Assembly: GCA_902776725.1 (NCBI GenBank)
Contig: CACYQX010000002.1
Span: 34,400-98,399 of the forward strand
Length of the DNA: 64,000 nt
Direction: 5' to 3'
From: an uncultured Eubacteriales bacterium
GTDB lineage: Bacteria; Bacillota; Clostridia; Peptostreptococcales; Anaerovoracaceae
Shown here: positions 22,701-31,700 of the stretch, in pieces
How positions within the stretch are numbered: position 1 is the first letter of the stretch
How the letters are laid out: every line of letters begins with the position of its first letter
Translations under genes and position numbers: made by a program
Notes under the pieces: generated by a model
Told to the model about the DNA's origin: nothing
The model's input: only the letters and a program-made list of their open reading frames with translations
The model's database searches: none

Positions 22701-25700
22701 GTCGTCCGTATCCTTTATCCAATTACGTCCGAGGAGCTGCTTAACGGCAGCGATGTTAGCTGTGTTGGTGGCTACGACGGTGTTCTTAACAACAAGTGCG
22801 GCGTCCGCGCCTGCAAGGCTCTGATTATTTACGTAGAGGGCGCCGGTTGTTTCAACGCCATTCTTGGTTACAGAGTACTCTGGGCTATAAGATCTGGTGT
22901 AAGCGTCGGAGGTGTTATCCTCTACCAGCAAGTAAACCGCACGGTAGGTTATACCGTTCTTTACAACATACTTAGGAAGATCTTTGTTGAATCCATCTTC
23001 GTTTTCTATTAGCAGACTGCTGGTGGTATTGCTTCCCGCGTCATACCTAGGATCGCCATTCTGCTTTAGGAACTCGCCACGCCTTACATCGTAAACATAA
23101 CCGAGTCTCTCCCAGAATGGTCCGCATTCCTCGTAATTGGCCCTGTTTTCAGGTGTTAAGCCGTCATAGACCGCCTTGCTTATGACGTCGTCATAATTTG
23201 TTTTGTTGATATATTTTTTCGGATCCCACAGCTCGTTCTTGTCTTGGACGAATGTAACTGCGCTATCTCCGTCCAGACCTGCTTCGTCAGTCAGCGGGAA
23301 GAGGTGCCTCTCAAGATGTAGCGTAACATCTTCAATCGCAGGACCACCGATCCACTGCTTCTTAACAGGAATATCTATGGTCTCACGGTTCTCAAAGTGA
23401 GCAATATGAACTTCTTTATATCCCGCTGCGGTTAAGCCTGCAGTATTTCCTGCAGTCTTCATGGCATTGGCCTGAGTTCTCTCTTCCTCTGTGAGCAATC
23501 TCTTGAGACGGTTGGTGTACTTGGCCTTTTCAGTATCGCTCATAGCCTTATACTCTGCGGCAGTCTTGAGCTCTGCAAACGGATCGGTCTTGCTTACATA
23601 GTTATAAACAGCCTCGAAGTTTTTCTTCTCTGCGTCAGATAACGCGTTGTACTGTTCAACGGTCTTTTTTACACTTGGATCGGATTTGCTTACGTATTCT
23701 TCAATTAACAGTTTGTCTACGATCCATGCCGTATGCTTTGTGATTTCATTCTTGCAGGATGCGTCCGTATAATAGCGGACGTCAAAGCTTAGGGTACCGT
23801 CCCAATTGTCGGTAACCTTTACCTTGGCAAAGATTCTGCTGTCATCGTAGGTCAGTCCGTCTACGGTGTATCCATTAAGTCCAAGCTGGTCTCTTTCAGG
23901 ATCCGAAGTTGCGCTTCCGTTCTCAGTGATTTCGTAGATGAAGTAAGCTTCACCCTTCTTACCCAGGAGTTCTCCTGTGTATGGGTTTCCGTTTACGCCA
24001 AATGCCCACATGCTATTTGATAGCTTCTGCAGGTCATGTTGTGGATTGTCAGTTGTACCACTTGTAACGAGCGGATTCGTTACGTAGGAGTCGTTCGGCT
24101 GTGCGCCAGGCGTGTTAAGCATTGCTCCCGCGATACTTGTTATGGTGAACTGGAAGGCATCGCCACTCTCATTGGCGTAGTCTTCCCATGCTCTACTTTG
24201 GATATTCTTTTCTATCCATGCCTTAGCTTCGCCGTAGGATGAATAGACATTCTCGAATACAGGAGCCTGAGTCGTCCACTCAACGCCTGTGACTGCACCG
24301 GCTTCGCTTCTCTTGAGCGACGCCCAGCTGTGCTCTGCCGTTACAACGTTGTTGGCATCAGCTGTTGCAACGACCTTCATGATCTCTACTTTTGGCTTCC
24401 ATGGTGTGTTCGGGTCATCATCGTCAGCATCGTAGGTGATTCCCTGATCGTCCTTTTCTTCGACGATGGTTCCCTGATTATCCTTGGCCTCATAGACCTT
24501 GTAGTAGAAGGTAGATGTCTTGGTTGTCGCATCGATGTCAGTCGCATCGTAAAGTATCGGCGAGAAGGAAACTGCACGTGCAGTACCTACCGCAGTGTTT
24601 ACATTCAGTGCGCGACCATACTGCTCTCCATTACCTGGTAGCGGAACTGCGGCCTTGGCATCTTGATCCTCTTGAGAATCTGTAAACTCTATGATCTCAC
24701 CGGTTGTTTCATCTATGCTCTTGATTGGCTCAATCCAGAAGTAGAATACATCCTTATCCGCTTCATTTTCTCTATTGTTCTTTATATACTTGGCATCCCA
24801 TTCTCTTCCGCTGAGGTCCTTTAGGACATCAACTTTGGCGGTGCCTTCTTCCATAAGCTTATTGATATTGGTGACCGTAAGAATTCTTTGTCCAGCGGCA
24901 TCGATTTCTTCACCATAATGAGCTTCAAATCGGTCGTCCGTCCAGGCACCATCCTGGGTGGTTTCAAAGATTCTATATTCGTATGGATTTCCTGCGCCGT
25001 CCATCTGTGGCAAGTTTTGGAACAGCTCAGGTTCCATATCTCCAGGAGCAACAAGTGAGGTGTCAAACTCTGAGGATGTAAAGAGACGCTGTCCTTCTCC
25101 AGAGCCTTCTGTTACTCTCTCCCATCCGCTCTTAAGCTTGATCTCGTAATCGCTCCTATTTACTGCCGGTACGTAGTTTTCTTTATCGGCAACCGGCAGA
25201 GCGTTATATTCATCCTGAGAAACAACCGTAGAATCGTTCTTGTTAACATACGAATTGTATTCAGCCTCAGAAATGACAGAAGAATCGTTCTTGTTTACGT
25301 ATTGAGGATCACCATTTCCGTCCAAATCATACGGTGTCCAAGTAGTGATTTTGATCGTGGCTACAGCGCTATCAATGCTGTATGGCGATTCCGTTGTGCC
25401 GTCACCGGTTAACTCGTGCCATTCAGGTGCTCCTTCTCCAGTCTCATTCTTGTTCACATATTTCTTGCCGTTGGAGTGGTTGTATACATCGTAAGTCTTG
25501 GACTCAACTGTTACAGTTGTTCCGGTCTTGATTGGCGCCGCAGTACTGTTCACCTCATCCATAGCAGGAACAACAGGCTTATAGTCCTTCTGCTCTTCTT
25601 CGGTCTTTTGGTTGTAATCATGTACGGATATCTTTTCACCGGTAGTCTTGTTCTCATACTGGGTGAAGATAGTTCTGTACAGATAGAACCTAACGTTTAC

Positions 25701-28700
25701 GTTGGCTCCACCAAGCCAATACTTCCTAGTGGATAGGTTGTTCTTACTGGTGTTATCCACTCTGAGGATAGCCTCTGTTGTTTCTTGCTTATATTCAGAA
25801 AGTGTCGGGTTGGTAGGCTGTGGATCAGCTTGTTCTGTTGCAATGCCATATGGATCTTCATCCGTACCACTTCCCGTTATTTCATAGTAAATATACGGAT
25901 CCGGATCGGTGCCCTCTCCTGTCCTTACGTATTTCTTTCCGTCCTTTATATAGACATCGTAAGAGGTGCCGCCGACCTCAATGGTTTCAATCTTATCTAC
26001 AAAGGTTCTCTGGATGTCATCTGCTACCAAGGAGTCTTTGAATTTCACATTCTGAACAACACCGGCTGTGTCTGTGTAATTTACGTAGTATGTATTTACA
26101 TACCAAACTTTAGCTGTGTCATCCAAGGTTTCTTCAAGTCTGTACTTGATAGGTGCGCCGTTGGCAAATGCCGGTAGATCCTTAAATACGGCTTCCCAGG
26201 AATTCGGGTCCGCAACGTCAACCTCGTAGACACCGGCCTTAATAATTTTCTCTCCTGCTGCAACAGCGGCATCGTATGCGCCCTTCTCTGTTGCGTCCTC
26301 CGTGCCATCGCCATCCAGGTCATAAACCAGAACGGTGTCATCCAGCGGAAGTCCGCTTTCATCCTTGTCAAAGGCGCTTTCGTCAGGAATTTCACCTCTA
26401 CCGTCAAGGACTATGCTTCCTTCCTCGCCTTCTTTATTATCGATTTCTCTATAAAGAGTGATCTTAAGTGTTCCTGGACGATGTCCTAGGGAATTATCGT
26501 TATCTACCCAGTTCTTGACTACTCGTATGGTCAGGATCTGTGGTGTGTGGGTGTTGGTAACTTCAACTATCTGGTTGATAGGTTTATTATCATCGTCAAC
26601 CAGATTAAAGTTTTCGTCGCCGGTGGCAACGGTCTCGTTCTTTGTAACCTTATATATTTCGTCGTCAAGGATTGTTCCGGTTTCTTTGATCCTGTAGTAA
26701 ACAACTTTACCGTCACGATAAGCCGGCAGGTCAATCCATGTGTATGCATTGTTGTTATCCTTATGGATAGCGCCGCCTGCGTAGGTGGTATCTTTAGTGT
26801 CTACATCCACCAGGGCAGCAGGGATTATTGTTCCCGGGTTTTGAGGATCCTCGTGTGCAGGGACAAATATTTCAGCTGTATCCCAATGTGTCTCAGGGTC
26901 AAAGTCCTCGTCGTTAGGATTCTTGGTTGTATACTGGAGGGTCATAGTAGGAAGCTGCTCTTCGCGAGGAACTACATGTGTCTCGGGATCCTCAGCGCCG
27001 GTAGGACGTGCGCCGTCCTGGTCGTCCTCATCGTCCCAAACTTTTCTTACAAGAACATGAGCAGTAAGCGGTGTATCTTTTACGGTAAGGGTTCCACTTC
27101 TTTCATCGCTTCCTTGCTCCCACACTCCTTCTTCTTCCGCGATTGTTTCATCGCCAAAGATCAGATTCCAGATTCTCTTCCACCAATTGGTTTGATGGTC
27201 TGTATCCGGATTCATATATGTAACCTTATTAAGGTTTTGATCGACTTCGATTTGGTAAGGCGTTCCGTCAGCAGTGTATCCGGCAGGAGCATTTGTCTCT
27301 GCGATAGTATATGTTCCTGTTCTGTTGAAGTTGATTGTAGCCAGACCATTCTCGTCAGTTATAACTTTGATCTCATCTACTTCGCCAGCGACTTTTATCT
27401 CGGTGAGATCGCTTTCATTTGGCTGTGGATCTGCTTTTTCGGCTGCCACTTCGTCGTTTGCACTTACCTCACGCCAGTCGCTTCCTATCTTGACATATCT
27501 ATGTCCTTGCTTGTCGGTGAATACAGTATATTCTCTTCCTCCGACAGTAACCTTTTTGTAGTTGGTTTCTTCTACCTTGGTAAGGTTTGCTTTATTAGGC
27601 TGCGGATCTGCGGCTTTTGATGCTATAGTTGTTCCTCCGGTAACGACATAGTATTTACCGTCGGCCTTTCTTACGTAGAATTTTCCGTCGCTTGAGTCCT
27701 TTAGGAGGGTTAGTCCGTTAATCTGCTTATACGTACTGGTCCCAACTTCTGTCTTAAGCTGGTAATTTGTATACACGGTGAACTCCGCTCCCTGAAGCGG
27801 CATACCGGTGTATGCGTCTAATTTCTTTATGGTAACAGGAAGGCTATTTATCTCATCGTCAATAATCGGCGTGTTAATAAATCCGCCCTTATAGCCCTTG
27901 ATTTCCTGGTTTTCTACTATCTTGTATTTATCTCCAACAAGAGCGAGCTTATATGTAACTTCACCGCCCTCTTCTTCCTTAACAGCACCGCCTGTAACGG
28001 TAAAGGAGTTGGCCCTATTAAGACTCTCTGTAACGGTATAAGTTATCTCTTGTCCGTTGTCATACGCCTGGAGATTATCAAATACGACGCCATAGTTATA
28101 GCCGTCTGTCTTATAGGCCTCGTTATACGCAGGTTTTATATCTTCTTTTCTAGGTTCCTGTCCTGCAGGTACAGGTGTAGCTGAATAACTGCCCGTGGTT
28201 CCTGCATTCTTGTCGTCCGTTGAAGATACTTCATAGTAAACATATGGGTCAGAGTCGGTACCGGAACCCTCTCTTACGTATTTCTTTTCCGTGGTTGCGT
28301 CGCGGTATACCGTCTTTCCATTCGAGGTCATAACTCTGTCGTTGGCCTCGGTTTTACTTAGGGTAATCTGCAGATAGTCATTGGCGGAATTCGGATCAAG
28401 ATCAACAGGAACGTCATCTCCACTGGCGTTCTTTATAGTACCGCGAAGAGTAAATACAATGTCACTCCTATCATAGTCACTGTTATTAGCTGCGACAGGA
28501 TTGGTCGGTGGTGTACTTACGGGTTCGCTAAAGTCCACTTTTCCGTTGTTATATTCATAGTAAACATAGGGATCGGTGTCTGTTCCTTCACCAGTCCTTA
28601 CGTACTCATTGTCGCCTTCTTTATATATGTCGTATATTTCGTCTGTTGCGCCGTCTTGATAATAGTTTGCCTTACGCTTTCCTTCGGCGCCGTTGTAGAG

Positions 28701-31700
28701 GTCGTCGTCATTCCAATTCTTGGTGATCTCTACTTCTATATCCGAAACGGTATGCTCATTCTTAACGCTAACAGACTGATAAGGAATACCCTTGTCAGCT
28801 GTGTTGTAACCGTTCATGAGAGCATTAGCAAAGGTGCTCGTATCCGGAGTCTTGGGGTTGGTAGGGTCATAATCCGGATCCGACGTGCTATAAGTAGATG
28901 AATCAAATGCAACATTGGCACTTACCTGATTGAAGAAAACTTCATAATACTTGGTGCCTCTTACTACGTATTCTTTGTTGTTTGTCGGATTCTTTACAAC
29001 CTGTTCACCATTTATAACTTTAGGCTCTTCCGATCCTGAAACGGGTTCAAGCTTGTCCGGATTGGGTCGACTGCTTTCCGGCACAGGTGTCGAACTGGCC
29101 ACCCAATCGTTAACCTCATAATACTCCCCATCTCTTACGTTGTAATACTTGCCACTGGTGCTGTCCTTATAGATAAGCCACCCTTCTGTAGCTTTGGTTT
29201 CTTCAGATGTCAAATAGAAGGACTGTCCATCCTTATACTCAGGACTCTTATATCCCGTAAAAGCAGGATCGGTTCCGGAGTAGGTTCTAACATCTAAGTC
29301 AGCCTGGGTTCCCTCTACCAAACGATAGAGAATCATACGGTCTGCTTTACCGTTGGAGTCATAGGTATAAACCGGTAGGTACTGCCAAGTATATGGGTGC
29401 TTTACAACATTCGGATCTGTGCTATCTTTGTTTGGATCGTTATTCTGAACAAAGGTACCATCCAAATATTCGCCATATGTAGCGCTAGTGGAATTCTCAT
29501 CCTTTCCGGAAGGAACATTCTGAGGAGTTATCGTCTCATCGCGAGAGTTTTTTTCAACATTGGTCCAAGTTGCACCGCCGTCAATGGATCTCTGAAGTTT
29601 AACTTTAGGCCATTCTTCCGTTCCATCTGCTCCGGCACGCATTCCGTCTTTGTCGTTGCTATCATTCCAGATTTTAGAAACGAGAATATCGGCTGTGGTT
29701 GGCTGCCATTCTACGTGAATCTTTTCATCGTGCTTGGCGTACGGGAATACAAAACTATAGGTTCCATCTTCTTCATATTTAAGAGTTCCTGTAAGAACCT
29801 CGTCATCATATATGACTGCGCCTGTAGAATCTACGCCTATAGGACGTTTTATTCCGTCGTCTCCGGCAGCGGTAGTCCAGGTGACCGTATCACCCTTCTT
29901 CATTTTTTCAATATCGGCACTGTCGAACTTCACCGTATGCATAACGCCATTCTTGTCCGCTATCTGAAGAGTCTTAATCTTATAGCCGACATCCGGCGTC
30001 ATGGTGTATGTAACAGTCTTTCCTTCTGCAACAACATAGGTACCGGGACCGAGAACATTACTTCCGTCAGTAAGTTGCTTATTGTAGTTACCATCCGCAG
30101 TAATCTGAATATTACCGTTCGGACCAGTAGTGGATGTGTAGCGGTACCAGATCTGCTGGCTGTTGAATATGTAGGAGTTCATTGACGCGCCAGCACTACC
30201 GTGTCCGCTAGCCGTTACTTTAAACCCTTTAGCGGCATCGGCAAGGGTTACGAAGCCTGCGTTGTAGCTGTTATCGTTTCCGCCAAGACCGCCCGTCACA
30301 CCACTTAGGTTTGCATCTACTTGGTTACCTATGAATTTAATGTTCCCATTGTGCAGCGAGACGTTTGGATAGAAATATTGTCCCTTTACCCCTGTAATTT
30401 TACCCGGGTTATCTTCCTGGTTTGTGTTTGGTCTTACATATACATAGTCGGATGCCTGTCCGCCGGTGATTTCCATGGCCTCGGAGAAGAAGCTGTGCGC
30501 CGTTCCATCTTGGCCATCGAAGTTGGTGTCATAGGAATACCAGAGGGGCTTAGCCGTATTGTTTCCGCTGCCCACGTCCGGATCTCTATCCAGGTTGATA
30601 CCGCAGACGGCGAAAACGAATGTCCCCGCTGCCGGGGTGCCGTCCTTGTTTACGATTTGATAGGTGGCATCTATCGTCAGACCTGTTACCGGAGAATTGT
30701 TGCTGCCTGCAGCATTGCCATAGGTATACGTATTATTAAATCCTGTGACCGGATTACTAACCGTAGCATTAACCACAGCTGAGGAAGTCGGAAATGTGTC
30801 CCTCATATCTGTTGTATCCGTACCACCATAGGCGAAGGAGTTTCCCTTGACTAGAGATACAGCACCTTGATAATGCTGTGCTTCATCTGGTTTGAAGAAC
30901 TTTTGTGTGCCTTTTGTGTAAACTGTGTAATTTTTTCCGTTATAATTAAATGTCTCGGCAGTAGTTGTCAGACCGGTCGGCTGGGGATTAACAGGTTCAG
31001 CGCTATGGTATAGAACGCTATAATATCTGTGGTTGTTACCTTCCTTCCTGTAGGCATACTCCTTATTCGTACCAGCTACTTTGTATATAGGCATTCCATC
31101 TATCGACTCACCGGTTGCCGTCATGTTCATGCTTGAGTCGGTCGGTGCTTTATTGGATAGACCTGCATGGCTCGTCACTCTCCATCTTTTGATTTCGTAG
31201 TACTTTGTACCATCAGGCGCTGCGTTATATCTTTCGTCTATGACAATTCTGGCATTCGAATAAGTAATGACAAGATCTGCCCTCTCACCGTTAGGCAGAA
31301 TCGCTGCATCAGAAAATGTGACTTTGACCAGATCTTCCTTGAGTTCGTTTATTTTATTCGGAACCATTTTTATGGCGCCAGCACGGTTGCCGTCATAGAG
31401 CACTCTGTTATTTTCATCGACGTAAAGTCCTGCTATTATAGACGTATTTTTGGACACAATCTCTGTGGTGCCCCCGCCTTCGGGAATCATGCTCTGGTCG
31501 ATAAATATGGTTCCAAGAGGAAGTCCGGCTGCAAAGCTGGTCGGAGATGCCGTGCTTTGGGACTGGTACACACTCTTTCCAGTAGATGTAGTCACAGAAT
31601 TATAAGTGCCATAGCCAGGACCGTAACCATAATATGTAACCCCACTAGAGCTAGGGCCATTAGTTCCTAAGCCGGTGTTGATGGTGTCTGTATAAAAATC

